A stretch of 64,000 bases of DNA from Thermoplasmatota archaeon (GCA_036148495.1 JAYYHK010000036.1:2125-66124), one strand, 5' to 3'; positions 20,721 through 31,785 are shown, counted from the stretch's first letter. Numbers and translations: made by a program. The notes: generated by a model not told the origin, from the sequence alone.

Positions 20721-21944
20721 GTGTCGATTTGGTTTGAAGGTTATGGATGTACAGCAAATCAGGGTGAAACTCTTGAAATGAGAGATCATGCAAATGAGTT
20801 AGGCCACGAGATTGCAAAGGATTCAACTTCAGCGAAAACTGTTGTTCTTGGTACTTGTACAGTAATAGAGTCAACGCAAAACAAAATGGAAAAGCGTATT
20901 TCTGAGCTAATGGATCAAGGTAAAAATGTGATAGTTAGTGGATGCATGGCTACTGCAGATACCAAGGTTTTGAATTCCAAATTTCCTAATGCTCCTTTAG
21001 TCTCTCCTGGAGACATCAAAGGATTAGGGGATTTGATTGGTAGAGGTGGCTGCAAGCCAGAAACCTTAGAATCTCCTTTTGCATCTATTTTACCCATATC
21101 TTCAGGATGCCTTGGTAGATGCACTTATTGTGCAACTTTGAAGGCCAGAGGTCGAGTAACATCACGTTCAGTAAATGACATATTTTTCAAGGCTCAATAT
21201 GCGATAGATTCTGGAAGTAAAGAATTATTGTTAACTTCACAAGATAACGGAGCATTTGGAGCAGATACTGGAACTAGTCTCGAGAATTTACTAATGGAGT
21301 TATCACATTTGGATGGAAAATTTAGACTAAGAGTAGGCATGTTGAATCCAATGTTAGTTGCTGGACGTTCACATGAAATGGCTAAAGCATGGGGCGATCC
21401 GAGAACTTACAAATTCATGCACCTGCCAATTCAATCGGGTTCACAAAAGATATTGGACTCTATGGTTAGAGATCACACACTTGAAGAGTTTTGGGAAGTA
21501 GTGAATGTGTTCAGAGAGTATTATCCTGAAATGATGATTATTACAGATGTAATAACTGGTTTTCCGGGTGAAACGGACGAAGACCATCAGGAGACAATTA
21601 GTTTGTTAGAGGAATTGTTGCCAGATTTAGTTAATGTTACACGTTTTTCACCCAGAAAAGGTACGCCAGCTTCCAGATACAAGAGAATAAATGGTAGAAT
21701 AATTAAAAAACGTTCCCGTGAGTTAACAGTTCTAAGAAAGGAATTGGGTGCTAGAAGCTTTAAACGATTCGTAGGACGGAAAACTTCGATTTTAACCGTT
21801 GAAAATCAAAAGAGAGGTAGTACTCTTTGCCGGGATGATAATTATCGTCCAATTATTTTGATGGAAGAATTGCCATTAGGCGAATTTTATGATGTTGAAA
21901 TAATAGATTCTGAGTATGGTTTTATGACTGCAATATTAGCTTGA
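20721..21944 (+). CDS. Radical-SAM methylthiotransferase of the MiaB/MtaB family (archaeal e-MtaB-type, probable ms2t6A tRNA methylthiotransferase)
   Basis: An MTTase N-domain cysteine pattern, the radical-SAM CxxxCxxC motif (SSGCLGRCTYCAT), and a C-terminal TRAM-like domain. Confidence 0.85.
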   Translation: MSIWFEGYGCTANQGETLEMRDHANELGHEIAKDSTSAKTVVLGTCTVIESTQNKMEKRISELMDQGKNVIVSGCMATADTKVLNSKFPNAPLVSPGDIKGLGDLIGRGGCKPETLESPFASILPISSGCLGRCTYCATLKARGRVTSRSVNDIFFKAQYAIDSGSKELLLTSQDNGAFGADTGTSLENLLMELSHLDGKFRLRVGMLNPMLVAGRSHEMAKAWGDPRTYKFMHLPIQSGSQKILDSMVRDHTLEEFWEVVNVFREYYPEMMIITDVITGFPGETDEDHQETISLLEELLPDLVNVTRFSPRKGTPASRYKRINGRIIKKRSRELTVLRKELGARSFKRFVGRKTSILTVENQKRGSTLCRDDNYRPIILMEELPLGEFYDVEIIDSEYGFMTAILA

Positions 21945-22087
21945 TGTAATAGTAAAATACTAATACACTGCTTTTTCTACAAAATTATGCCCAAAGAGTT
22001 CAAAGCTTTCATTAAAGGACAACCCGTTAAGAAAATTATAGATCCAAAAACAGGTCAGGAGAAATGGGTTCCAATAGAAAGTGAGTC

Positions 22088-22693
22088 TTGAACACAGCCT
22101 TTCTATCTGGTTTTTTTCTTAGTTTTTCACTTATTTTAGCTATAGGTCCACAGAATGCCTTTGTTTTACGTCAAGGATTACTCAAACAGCATGTCCTTCC
22201 AATAGCACTTTTCTGTACATTATCAGATATCATTTTGATACTATTAGGTATTTTTGGCTTTGGTTCCATTATCTCAAATTTCGATAATTTCTCTCAATAT
22301 ATGTTTGTAATTGGAGGGGCTTGGCTATCTGGGTATGGCTTTCTAAGGCTGAAAGGGGCCTATTTAGCAGATAGTTTTCTCCAAGCCTCTGATGAGCAAG
22401 AAACAAACTTAAAATTAGTTTTAACTAATTGTGCAATATTGACTTGGTTTAATCCTCATGTTTACATAGATACTTTAATTTTAATTGGTACAGTTTCCAT
22501 CAGATTTGAAGACACTCTTGATTTTGGCTTAGGTGCTTGCTTAGCTAGTTTTATTTTCTTTTTTTCATTAGCATATGGAGCAAGACTTTTGTCTCCACTT
22601 ATGAGCTCAAAAAAGGCATGGCAAATTTTGGATTTATTTATTGCTTCAATAATGTTTATTTTAGCGCATTCAATGTTTCAAGAAGTTTTCTAA
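22088..22693 (+). CDS. LysE/ArgO-family amino-acid exporter
   Basis: The N-terminus FLSGFFLSFSLILAIGPQNAFVLRQG is typical of LysE. About 6 TM, 201 aa, TTG start. Confidence 0.85.
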   Translation: MNTAFLSGFFLSFSLILAIGPQNAFVLRQGLLKQHVLPIALFCTLSDIILILLGIFGFGSIISNFDNFSQYMFVIGGAWLSGYGFLRLKGAYLADSFLQASDEQETNLKLVLTNCAILTWFNPHVYIDTLILIGTVSIRFEDTLDFGLGACLASFIFFFSLAYGARLLSPLMSSKKAWQILDLFIASIMFILAHSMFQEVF

Positions 22694-22726
22694 AGTAATA
22701 ATAAGGACTGCTTGTTCTGAAAATTA

Positions 22727-23380
22727 ATGAAATTAACTGCATTGACTCTCAGCTCAGACCGTTATTATCCTCGTTATGCGAATTTCATTCAAGAGGCAGA
22801 AGGTACTCCTGAAAGAATTCAATCAGTTAACGATTTAGAAAAATACGATGTTTTAGTGTTGTCTGGTGGTGGAGATATGGGAATTAAGAGTGGTGCTTAT
22901 GGTTTACAGTCTGAAGATTTACCTATTGATGGTGTTAAAGATGATAGAGATGAATTAGAATTGGCTTTACTTAAGAGAGCTGAGGAAACAAAAATGCCAG
23001 TGTTAGGAATTTGTCGAGGTTTACAAGTAATGAATGTCTACCTTGAAGGCACATTATGGCCCGACATCAGTCAAGGAGGTTACGATGGTGCTATGCATAG
23101 GGAAGGAGATGGTGGAGAGCCTCCTAAGGGAGATATACCTCACTGGACAAAAATGGAAAATAAGGAATTTGAAGTTATAAGCCATCATCATCAAGGCGTG
23201 AGAGAATTAGGCCAAGATCTTCATGTTCTGTCTAAATCATCAGACGGCATGATCGAGGCAGTTAAACATAAATCATTACCTTGGTTTGCAGTTCAGTGGC
23301 ATCCAGAAAGGACACCTGAAGGCCTTGGCCGAGCCTTACCACGCGAATGGTTAAGGAAAGAACTTCAAAATGTACAATAG
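22727..23380 (+). CDS. Class I glutamine amidotransferase-like / peptidase C26 (gamma-glutamyl hydrolase, PuuD-like)
   Basis: The nucleophile context LGICRGLQVMN and the His motif VQWHPE. Confidence 0.8.
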   Translation: MKLTALTLSSDRYYPRYANFIQEAEGTPERIQSVNDLEKYDVLVLSGGGDMGIKSGAYGLQSEDLPIDGVKDDRDELELALLKRAEETKMPVLGICRGLQVMNVYLEGTLWPDISQGGYDGAMHREGDGGEPPKGDIPHWTKMENKEFEVISHHHQGVRELGQDLHVLSKSSDGMIEAVKHKSLPWFAVQWHPERTPEGLGRALPREWLRKELQNVQ

Positions 23381-24197
23381 GGTTACATTACTTGGTAATG
23401 CGCAAGATGCAGGGCGTCCTCAATTTGCATGCACTAAGCCGTGTTGTGAAGATGCGAGGTTAAATTCTGAACTTTCCAGAATGCCAGTATCTCTAGGGTT
23501 GCATGGTGATTCTTTTGGATTAATTGAAGCCACGAGATGTATTGATAAGCAATTGACGATGGTTAACAATCCCAAAATTTCAGACTTATGGATTACACAT
23601 GCCCACCTTGGACACATCGAAGGTCTAGGCCAATTTGGCAAGGAATCAAGTAATCAGAAAAATATACAATTACATTGTTCAGATTCTGTTTATACTTATC
23701 TTCAAAGTCATCCAACATGGAATAAATTATTTTTAAGAGGTAACTTATCGGTTGCAAATTTTTCAAATAACAATGTAAAGCCCATTAAGGTTCCTCACAG
23801 ATCAGAAGATTTTGAGACTCATGCATTTTTAATCAAAGGTTCCCACGAGAAATTGCTATTTTTACCAGATCACGACACATGGGAAGCTACTCTTTCAAAA
23901 GTGGAATGCCGTAGTCCAAGAGATTGGTTTAATTCCTTGGATGTAAATATAGTCCTTCTAGACGGAACATTTTGGAGTGATAATGAGCTCGGAAATCGTT
24001 CGCAGGGAAACGTTCCTCATCCATCGGTTAAACAAACTCTTGAATTGATGGGTAAACGTAGAGAAGATGATCCTAGAATAATATTTATTCATCTTAATCA
24101 TACTAACCCACTTCATTACAAAAGCTCTGAAGAATATCAAAAAGTTGAGCAGATGGGTTGGGAAGTTGGTATAGAAGGCATGGAGTTTGAAATTTAA
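23370..24197 (+). CDS. PqqB-family MBL-fold protein
   Basis: The N-terminus LLGNAQDAGRPQFACTKPCC parallels PqqB LGSAAGGGFPQWNCNC. Other parallels: THAHLGH; LLDGTFWSDNEL (PqqB LIDGTVWQDDEL); IFIHLNHTNP (ILIHINNTNP); and C-terminal GWEVGIEGME. Confidence 0.8.
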   Translation: MYNRVTLLGNAQDAGRPQFACTKPCCEDARLNSELSRMPVSLGLHGDSFGLIEATRCIDKQLTMVNNPKISDLWITHAHLGHIEGLGQFGKESSNQKNIQLHCSDSVYTYLQSHPTWNKLFLRGNLSVANFSNNNVKPIKVPHRSEDFETHAFLIKGSHEKLLFLPDHDTWEATLSKVECRSPRDWFNSLDVNIVLLDGTFWSDNELGNRSQGNVPHPSVKQTLELMGKRREDDPRIIFIHLNHTNPLHYKSSEEYQKVEQMGWEVGIEGMEFEI

Positions 24198-24844
24198 TGT
24201 TTCAATCTTTTAAAAATTTTTTTCACATTAAAATAGTAATGAATTTGTATTCATTGAGGAATTATTTTACAAATAACGGTGCGGTTTGGTTAAAGTTAAA
24301 TGGTTCAGATTTAGAAAATATGATTTCTAAAATAATTGATTACAATAGATTCGATTTAAATGATAAAAATATTTTGGATTTAGGGTGCGGAACTGGTACA
24401 ATGCTACGGTATGCAGTAGATAATCATCAATGTAATGTATTTGGTGTTGATTTAATTAGATTAAATATTTACCAGGCTAAGAAAAAAGTACCAAGTGGAA
24501 TTTTTTATCGAGGTGATATAATTGATTACCTTAACGTCCTTAATGAAAAATTTGACTTAGTTATATTGTATGGCGTAATTGGATGTTTTACTTTACCCAA
24601 TCAGAGATTAATAATTGACAAAATATTAGAATCTCTAAATCCTGGCGGATTGTTGTGGATTGGTGCTAACTTGTACGAAGATTTTGATTATAAATTCCAA
24701 ACCTATCCTGTGCCGAGAAATTTTTACGATGATTACAAAAAATCCGAGCAATATACATTTGATGAAGTCTCAGAAGTTGAATTATTTGGGAAACACAAAT
24801 ATGAACCCAAGCAAACTTCGGTTATGATTTCTTACCAGCCGTAA
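24197..24844 (+). CDS. Class I SAM-dependent methyltransferase
   Basis: Motif I ILDLGCGTGTM. The start overlaps the PqqB-like stop. Confidence 0.8.
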   Translation: MFQSFKNFFHIKIVMNLYSLRNYFTNNGAVWLKLNGSDLENMISKIIDYNRFDLNDKNILDLGCGTGTMLRYAVDNHQCNVFGVDLIRLNIYQAKKKVPSGIFYRGDIIDYLNVLNEKFDLVILYGVIGCFTLPNQRLIIDKILESLNPGGLLWIGANLYEDFDYKFQTYPVPRNFYDDYKKSEQYTFDEVSEVELFGKHKYEPKQTSVMISYQP

Positions 24845-26091
24845 GTTTCAGTTACTTTTAGGCTTGATTTAATTTTTAATAGTTTTCCAGCCATAGGTAG
24901 TAAATCTGGATTTTTGACTAGTACACCTAGCATTTTTAGCCAAGGAAGTTGAGAATAATTGTTTCCATCGTATATTTCTCCAATTAAATTTAGAGTTCTT
25001 TTGTCTAGTGAATAAATTAGTTTAGACTGGTCAACAAATTTTTGTTGTGTCCAAGGTTGTCTTTTCATAATTCTGTCGTACCAAACATGCGGTTCTAAAT
25101 CAGAATGTAACGCTTTTTCACACCTTTCCCAATATTGACCTTTTAAATCATGGCAATTGACAGAATGTGAAGGTGGTTTTAAATCTCCAGTACCAAGCTC
25201 TTTTCGGATTGCAATCGCAGCATATTCTCCTGATAGCATTCCTACGTGAACTCCTCCTTTTGTGATGGGGTTAGTGAGGCCGGCTGCATCTCCTACAACA
25301 TATGCATCCTTTGTTGAGAAGTATGGAATAGGGCCATCTCTTGGAATTAACCCTCCGTTTTGCTTGTGACCTAATTCATTTTCTATTCTTTTCTTAGGAT
25401 CAACACTCATATGTTCCTTGCAGAAATAGTCTAGTCCTGCTTTGGCCCCATTAGTTGCCACTATTCCTACATTAAAAATGTCATCTCTGGGAAATACCCA
25501 GATGTATCCATCTTCATATCGGGGGTCTATGTAAAAATCAAAATAATCAGTGTCTGGAAAATCTACATCACTCCTCTTAAATTTGTATTGTAGTCCAGGA
25601 AGTAATCTCAATTTTTCATTTCCTTTTAATCCAATTTGAGTAACAATGTTTGGAACACGTCCTTCTGCAACAATGAGTTGTTTAGCTTTTGCTACCTCTC
25701 CATCTTTTGATGAAAGAATCCAACCCTCTTTGTCCTTATTTACCTTCGTTACTCTAAGCCCTTCGTATCTTTTTGCGCCAGCATCCACTGCGTCATCTGA
25801 AATTGTTCTGTCTAATCCCCACCGGTGGATGGAATAGCCCGGAGACATAAGTCCGACAGATTTTCCGTTTGGCATCCTTATTCTGTTTCCTTCGACCTCT
25901 CTTATCGCCCAATCACCCACAGGATAATTAGTGTGTTTTAATGCAATTTTACCTAATCCTTCTCCACAATGTATAGGGTCTCCAACACGTCTTTTTCTAT
26001 CAAAAGTAACAACTGAATGTCCAGCCTCAGCCAATCTCAATGCAGCCATTCCTCCTGCAGGCCCCTGTCCAACTACAGCTACATCGTACAT
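24832..26091 (-). CDS. Geranylgeranyl reductase-family FAD-dependent oxidoreductase
   Basis: An N-terminal FAD fold YDVAVVGQGPAGGMAALRLAEAGHSVVTFDRK and a GGR-like length of 419 aa. Confidence 0.85.
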   Translation of the reverse strand: MYDVAVVGQGPAGGMAALRLAEAGHSVVTFDRKRRVGDPIHCGEGLGKIALKHTNYPVGDWAIREVEGNRIRMPNGKSVGLMSPGYSIHRWGLDRTISDDAVDAGAKRYEGLRVTKVNKDKEGWILSSKDGEVAKAKQLIVAEGRVPNIVTQIGLKGNEKLRLLPGLQYKFKRSDVDFPDTDYFDFYIDPRYEDGYIWVFPRDDIFNVGIVATNGAKAGLDYFCKEHMSVDPKKRIENELGHKQNGGLIPRDGPIPYFSTKDAYVVGDAAGLTNPITKGGVHVGMLSGEYAAIAIRKELGTGDLKPPSHSVNCHDLKGQYWERCEKALHSDLEPHVWYDRIMKRQPWTQQKFVDQSKLIYSLDKRTLNLIGEIYDGNNYSQLPWLKMLGVLVKNPDLLPMAGKLLKIKSSLKVTETYGW

Positions 26092-26121
26092 ACAACAATT
26101 CTACTGAGGCTCAATAAAAAA

Positions 26122-26910
26122 CTAATCTTTATTCATAGAGTCTCTAAGAACAGGTCTTGCATCTCTATATTTTTGAACATTTCCAAGAGGTATCTTGCAA
26201 ACGATTGTTCCTTCTTCAAATTTTTCAATTTCCTCCATAATCTTTCCCCTTGGATCAAAGATGCATGACTCTCCAGCAAAAACTAAATTACCTTGTGTCC
26301 CTATATTGTTCACAAATCCGTAATAGCATGTAGTCTCAATAGCTCTAGCAGGCAAAACTCTGTGGAATAGAGGTCTTGAAGTCGTTGGGCTCGCAGCTAA
26401 ATTGATAATAACGTCAGCACCTTGCTGTGCCAATTTCATTGATACGTCTGGAAAAAACAAATCATAACATATTTGTACACCTATATTTCCAAAGTTAGTC
26501 TCGAATACCTTGGGTTCATTTCCTTCACCAAAATAAGTTTTCTCTTCAAATGGGCCAAAATTAGGCAAGTACTGCTTTCTACAATGTCCAATATATCCAT
26601 CAGGTCCAATCATTATTGCCGAATTAAACAAAGATTTATTGGCCCTTTCCACAATACCTGTGAGAATAGTTATGTCTTGTTTCTTTGCTATTTCTTTGAT
26701 ACCTTCCTGAGCCTGACCATTTCCGGGAATCACTTCGGATACATTATTGTAGTTATCTTTTAAGTTGTAACCAGTAATAAATAATTCAGGAAATGCAATT
26801 AAATCAATATTTTTTTCTTTTTGAGCGTTAACAATAGTTTTTTCCATTATTTTCAGATTTTCAGATACGTTTCCAAGAATTATTGGAACTTGACCTAATG
26901 CCAAATACAT
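26122..26910 (-). CDS. Carbon-nitrogen hydrolase (nitrilase superfamily)
   Basis: The Glu-Lys-Cys triad context is present: AFPELF ... ICYDLFFP. Confidence 0.9.
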   Translation of the reverse strand: MYLALGQVPIILGNVSENLKIMEKTIVNAQKEKNIDLIAFPELFITGYNLKDNYNNVSEVIPGNGQAQEGIKEIAKKQDITILTGIVERANKSLFNSAIMIGPDGYIGHCRKQYLPNFGPFEEKTYFGEGNEPKVFETNFGNIGVQICYDLFFPDVSMKLAQQGADVIINLAASPTTSRPLFHRVLPARAIETTCYYGFVNNIGTQGNLVFAGESCIFDPRGKIMEEIEKFEEGTIVCKIPLGNVQKYRDARPVLRDSMNKD

Positions 26911-26977
26911 AAACTCCTAAAGGGGTGCAATAATATAGTGTTGTCAAATTTAATTTAGTCCCTCTTTATCGTATAAT

Positions 26978-27781
26978 GTGGATATCTCTAGAGATACTTT
27001 AGTCATAATAAATAATTTCATTAAAACAAGAGTGAAAGATGCTAATTCAGATGGCGTAGTTTTAGGTTTATCTGGAGGCATAGATTCTGCTGTAACATTG
27101 TCTTTGTCAGTGGCAGCTCTTGGTTCAGACAGAGTTACTGGTTTGATAATGCCTTACGAGCATACTGAATCAGTTGACCTAGCAAAACACCACGCAGAGC
27201 AACTAAATGTTAATACTGAAACTGTAAGTATTAAGCAGATTGTAGAATCTTTCAAATCCTCCTCTTCATTATTTGCTGAGAAATTATCTGAGGGTAATCT
27301 ACATTCAAGGATACGTATGTCAATTTTGTACGGAGCTGGATTTTCATCTAACAGACTTGTTGTTGGGACTTCAAACAAATCAGAACTTTTAATTGGTTAT
27401 TGGACGAAATGGGGAGATGGAGGTACAGATTTTCTCCCAATAGGTGATTTATACAAATCTCAAGTCTATTCTTTAGGAGAAGAATTAGGAGTTCCATCTG
27501 GAATTTTATCACGAAAGCCTACTGCAGAATTGTGGGAAGGTCAGACTGATGAAGAAGAATTTGGCTTTACATATTTAGAGCTTGATCAAGTTTTATTTAA
27601 TTTGGAAAGATTTGATAATGTGTCTCAAATATCTGAAAAAACAGGAATATCATTAGAAAAAATAGCTAAAATTAAGAAATTAATTCAGTTGTCTATACAC
27701 AAAAGAGTTTTTCCTCCAGTATGTAAGATAGGGCTCAGAACAGTTGGGTTAGACTGGCGTGAAACTATAGGAACTCAATGA
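26978..27781 (+). CDS. nadE: NH3-dependent NAD+ synthetase
   Basis: The PP-loop LGLSGGIDSAV is present, and the length is 267 aa. Confidence 0.9.
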   Translation: MDISRDTLVIINNFIKTRVKDANSDGVVLGLSGGIDSAVTLSLSVAALGSDRVTGLIMPYEHTESVDLAKHHAEQLNVNTETVSIKQIVESFKSSSSLFAEKLSEGNLHSRIRMSILYGAGFSSNRLVVGTSNKSELLIGYWTKWGDGGTDFLPIGDLYKSQVYSLGEELGVPSGILSRKPTAELWEGQTDEEEFGFTYLELDQVLFNLERFDNVSQISEKTGISLEKIAKIKKLIQLSIHKRVFPPVCKIGLRTVGLDWRETIGTQ

Positions 27782-28053
27782 TTTTTATAATTAAATTATT
27801 ACGACAAATCACGTAGTAATAAATTGAATGCTTTTTATTATTAAATTTGTGGAACCAACACTCGTTTTTTGGCAGGTTCTACTCTTTTTTGTTCATTTTT
27901 TGAGTGGAGGTATAACGAAAAATGGAACTTTTTGCTTTTTTTTTAAACGTATGAAATACTTATTATATGGTTGCTTAATGGCAGAAAATCATGAAATTAA
28001 ATCAAGTTTTTGTAAATGTTGAATCATTTCTGCCACCTCGGGGGGTGGCCTAG

Positions 28054-31000
28054 TTGCCTGCCAAAGCTAACGCACTAAAAATACCTAGACACTTCACAGA
28101 AAGTGGTAAGGATCCTTTTGATAAGTTATCCTGGTCTAAGAAAGATGTTGAAATTAGAAACTTTGACGGCACTGTGGCTTTCTCTATGAAAGATGTTACA
28201 CTTCCTGACAATTACAGTCAAGTTGCATCTAACGTTCTTGCACAGAAGTATCTTAGAAAAGCAGGTATTCCTAAAAAGCTTAGAAAAGCAAAGGAAAAAG
28301 GAGTTCCATCTTGGCTTCAAAGAAGTGTTCCTGACCTTAAGGCTATGGAAGACTTACCCGAGAATGAAAAGTTCGGAGAGGAAGTTGATGGTAAGCAAAC
28401 TTTTAGAAGATTAGCAGGAACTTGGACATATTGGGGATGGAAACACGGATATTTTGCTAGCGAGGCAGATGCTAAATCCTATTTCGATGAAATGTGTTAC
28501 ATGCTTGCGTTTCAGATGGTTTCTCCTAATTCACCACAGTGGTTTAACACTGGACTAAATTGGGCATACGGTATCGAAGGTCCTGCACAAGGACATTATT
28601 TTGTAAATCCTAAAACTGGAGAATTGGAACGCTCTGTAAATGCGTACGAACACCCACAACCCCATGCATGTTTCATTCAGTCAGTTTCAGATGATCTAGT
28701 TAACGAGGGCGGAATAATGGATCTTTGGACAAGAGAGGCCCGTCTGTTTAAATTTGGTTCAGGAACAGGAAGTAATTTTTCGAAGATAAGGGGAGACGGC
28801 GAACCATTATCAGGTGGAGGAATGTCTTCAGGTCTAATGTCCTTTTTGCGCATTGGCGATAGGGCAGCAGGAGCAATAAAATCAGGTGGTACTACCAGAA
28901 GAGCTGCAAAAATGGTTAGCTTGGATATGGACCATCCAGACATTGAGGCATTTATAGACTGGAAATTAACTGAAGAAGAAAAAGTAGCTGCATTAGTGTC
29001 AGGTTCACAGCATCTTCAAAATCACGCGAACGAAATATTAGCTGCAATACAAGCACACCCAGATGAGGATTCAAAGTTTGATCAGTCTAAGAATACTCCA
29101 TTAGCAAAAGCAATCAGTGTCGCTTTACAGGCTTATGTTCCTGAGAATATAATTGCAAGAGTTCTTGAATTAGGAGAGCAAGGCTACACCCACATGGACA
29201 TTGAAACATATGATACTTCATGGGAAGGGGATGCTTATTCAACGGTTTCAGGTCAGAATAGTAATAATTCAGTAAGAGTCAGTAACGATTTCATGCAAGC
29301 TGTTCTTGATGAAGGCGATTGGAATTTATTTTGGAGGACAGAATTAGACGATGCAAAGGAAGAAGGCAGGGACCCAAATCCCTGTAAATCAATTCCAGCC
29401 AACGATCTTTGGAATAAAATATCTAAAGCAGCCTGGTCTTGTGCAGATCCTGGATTGCAGTATGACACAACCATTAATGAATGGCACACATGTTCTCCGG
29501 ATGGGCCAATTCATGGTAGTAATCCTTGCTCAGAGTATATGTTCTTAGATGATACTGCATGTAATCTTGCAAGTCTCAATTTGGTTAAATTCTATGACGA
29601 AGAGACAACGAAGTTTGACACAGAGAAATACAGCCATGCCATTAGGTTGTGGACAGTAGCCTTAGAAATATCAGTTTTGATGGCCCAATTTCCGTCCGAA
29701 GCAATAGCTCAAAGAAGTTATGATTACAGAACTTTGGGTTTAGGATATGCTAACATTGGTTCTTTGTTAATGAGAATGGGTATTCCATATGATGACAACA
29801 GAGCTTTCTCGATTTGTGGTGCTTTGACGTCTATACTTGGTGGTGTTTCCTATGCAACAAGTGCTGAGATGTCTTCAGTGCAAGGGCCATTCCCAAGGTA
29901 TGAAAACAACAAGGAGAATATGCTAAGAGTTATGAGAAACCATAGAAGAGCTGCTTACAATGTACCTTCTGATGAATACGAAGGGCTCACAGTGACTCCT
30001 AGAGGTATAGACCCTAATTATTGCCCAGAATATTTGCTTTCCGCAGCACAAAATTGTTGGGACCAAGTAGTTAAAGATGGTGAAAAGTTTGGCTTTAGAA
30101 ATGCTCAAGCTACTGTTATTGCACCAACTGGAACAATAGGAATAGTTATGGATTGTGATACCACCGGTATTGAACCAGACTTTGCTCTTGTAAAGTTTAA
30201 AACACTTGCAGGAGGCGGTATGCTTAGAATTATTAATCAGTCAGTTCCAGTTGCTCTTGATCGCTTAGGGTATGACTCAGCTCAATCTAAAGAAATTGTA
30301 GATTACGTAATTGGTACCGGAACTTTTTCAGATGCGCCAAGCATTAACAGAGAATCTCTAATAAGAAAAGGGTTGACTAACGATATCATTGATTCCCTAG
30401 AATCTCAGATTAGCAGTTTTACGTCCTTAAATTTGCTAATTACACCATCTATGGTTGGCTCGGATTTTTGTGTAGATAAGCTAAGAGTTAAAAAAGAGTT
30501 TTTGGATGACTGGAATTTTGATTTACTTGATCATTTAGGATATACCCAAGAGCAAATAACTGAAGCTAATGACTTTATTTTTGGTAGATTAACAATAGAG
30601 GGCGCACCGCATATAAAAGATAGTGATCTAGCAGTTTTTGACTGTGCAAATAAATGCGGACAATATGGTACAAGATTTATTGGCTGGAGTGCCCACATTA
30701 ACATGATGGCTGCAGCTCAGCCATTTATATCTGGAGCAATATCCAAAACAATTAACATGCCTCATGAATCCACAATTGAGGATATCAAGCAAGTTTACAT
30801 GGATTCTTGGAGGGCCATGATTAAGGCTAATGCTTTGTACAGAGACGGTTCAAAATTGAGTCAGCCTCTTATGTCAGGAACAGTTCTGAAAGTAGATATC
30901 GAGGAAGAAGAAATGATGTCAGAGACTATGATTAGTACAGAACAAGCTGTTGAAACAATGGCCAAAGCACTTCCTACGTCTGATGCAGTTCCTCTTGCAA

Positions 31001-31743
31001 GAAAAATAGTAACTCGCTACATTGCTCAAAGAAGAAAACTTCCTAATAAGAGGAAAGGATATATCCAAAAAGCAAAGATTGGAGGTCACAATGTTTACTT
31101 GCATACTGGAGAGTACGATGATGGAACTCTTGGTGAAGTTTTCATCGACATGCATAAAGAAGGTGCAGCTTTCAAGGCATTGACTAATGCATTTGCTATA
31201 GCAGTAAGTCTCGGTTTACAGCATGGTGTGCCTCTGAAAGAATTCGTAGATGCTTTCGTATTCACAAGGTTTGAACCTAATGGGCCTGTAGTAGGTAATG
31301 AAAGAATTAAAATGTCAACAAGTATTCTAGATTACATATTTAGAGATTTAGCAGTTAATTATCTTAACAGAAACGATTTATCTCATGTTAAGCCAGAAGA
31401 CCTAAAGCCAGATATTGTAAGAAGCGAAGGTGAAGCAGAAACTGAACAGAATTTAAATTCTGGATTGACTCCAGCTGGTGATGCAAGTGATGGACATGAA
31501 ATACAATTGACATTAGATGATATGGATGTTTCTTCAGCAGATACTTCATCATTCCAATCTACTGTTACAGATTTATCGACGGCAAATGCACCTCTTCTGT
31601 CAGGAGACAGTACCATAGTTAAGGAAGCCGAAAAATATGGGTTTGAAGGAGATCCGTGTCCTGAGTGTGGCCAATTTACATTGGTCTCAAACGGAAGCTG
31701 CTTGAAGTGCGTAAGTTGCGGTTCGACAACTGGTTGTTCATAA
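28054..31743 (+). CDS. nrdJ: Adenosylcobalamin-dependent (class II) ribonucleoside-diphosphate reductase
   Basis: A conserved C-terminal region ...[31 protein letters not shown]...FTRFEPNG and a terminal CPECG...CLKCVSCG zinc ribbon are present. The protein is 1,229 aa. It uses a TTG start with a G-rich ribosome-binding site; a first ATG start further downstream is possible. Confidence 0.93.
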   Translation: MPAKANALKIPRHFTESGKDPFDKLSWSKKDVEIRNFDGTVAFSMKDVTLPDNYSQVASNVLAQKYLRKAGIPKKLRKAKEKGVPSWLQRSVPDLKAMEDLPENEKFGEEVDGKQTFRRLAGTWTYWGWKHGYFASEADAKSYFDEMCYMLAFQMVSPNSPQWFNTGLNWAYGIEGPAQGHYFVNPKTGELERSVNAYEHPQPHACFIQSVSDDLVNEGGIMDLWTREARLFKFGSGTGSNFSKIRGDGEPLSGGGMSSGLMSFLRIGDRAAGAIKSGGTTRRAAKMVSLDMDHPDIEAFIDWKLTEEEKVAALVSGSQHLQNHANEILAAIQAHPDEDSKFDQSKNTPLAKAISVALQAYVPENIIARVLELGEQGYTHMDIETYDTSWEGDAYSTVSGQNSNNSVRVSNDFMQAVLDEGDWNLFWRTELDDAKEEGRDPNPCKSIPANDLWNKISKAAWSCADPGLQYDTTINEWHTCSPDGPIHGSNPCSEYMFLDDTACNLASLNLVKFYDEETTKFDTEKYSHAIRLWTVALEISVLMAQFPSEAIAQRSYDYRTLGLGYANIGSLLMRMGIPYDDNRAFSICGALTSILGGVSYATSAEMSSVQGPFPRYENNKENMLRVMRNHRRAAYNVPSDEYEGLTVTPRGIDPNYCPEYLLSAAQNCWDQVVKDGEKFGFRNAQATVIAPTGTIGIVMDCDTTGIEPDFALVKFKTLAGGGMLRIINQSVPVALDRLGYDSAQSKEIVDYVIGTGTFSDAPSINRESLIRKGLTNDIIDSLESQISSFTSLNLLITPSMVGSDFCVDKLRVKKEFLDDWNFDLLDHLGYTQEQITEANDFIFGRLTIEGAPHIKDSDLAVFDCANKCGQYGTRFIGWSAHINMMAAAQPFISGAISKTINMPHESTIEDIKQVYMDSWRAMIKANALYRDGSKLSQPLMSGTVLKVDIEEEEMMSETMISTEQAVETMAKALPTSDAVPLARKIVTRYIAQRRKLPNKRKGYIQKAKIGGHNVYLHTGEYDDGTLGEVFIDMHKEGAAFKALTNAFAIAVSLGLQHGVPLKEFVDAFVFTRFEPNGPVVGNERIKMSTSILDYIFRDLAVNYLNRNDLSHVKPEDLKPDIVRSEGEAETEQNLNSGLTPAGDASDGHEIQLTLDDMDVSSADTSSFQSTVTDLSTANAPLLSGDSTIVKEAEKYGFEGDPCPECGQFTLVSNGSCLKCVSCGSTTGCS

Positions 31744-31785
31744 ATCGAACTGAAAGCTAAATAAAGGCAAGACAATAGCTAATTA

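Noticed and set aside
27782-28053. Cobalamin riboswitch upstream of nrdJ
   Set aside because: Only a partial GCCAC resemblance to the B12 box is present. The region is AT-rich and lacks the multi-stem architecture. Riboswitches are rare in archaea.
28054-31743. Possible intein in the unusually long (1,229 aa) NrdJ
   Set aside because: The only HN-like site, GGHNVYL, aligns with the conserved NrdJ C-terminal motif (GGHEGYI in homologs). No intein block A/B (C...TxxH) or endonuclease motifs are visible. Extra length is better explained by lineage-specific insertions.
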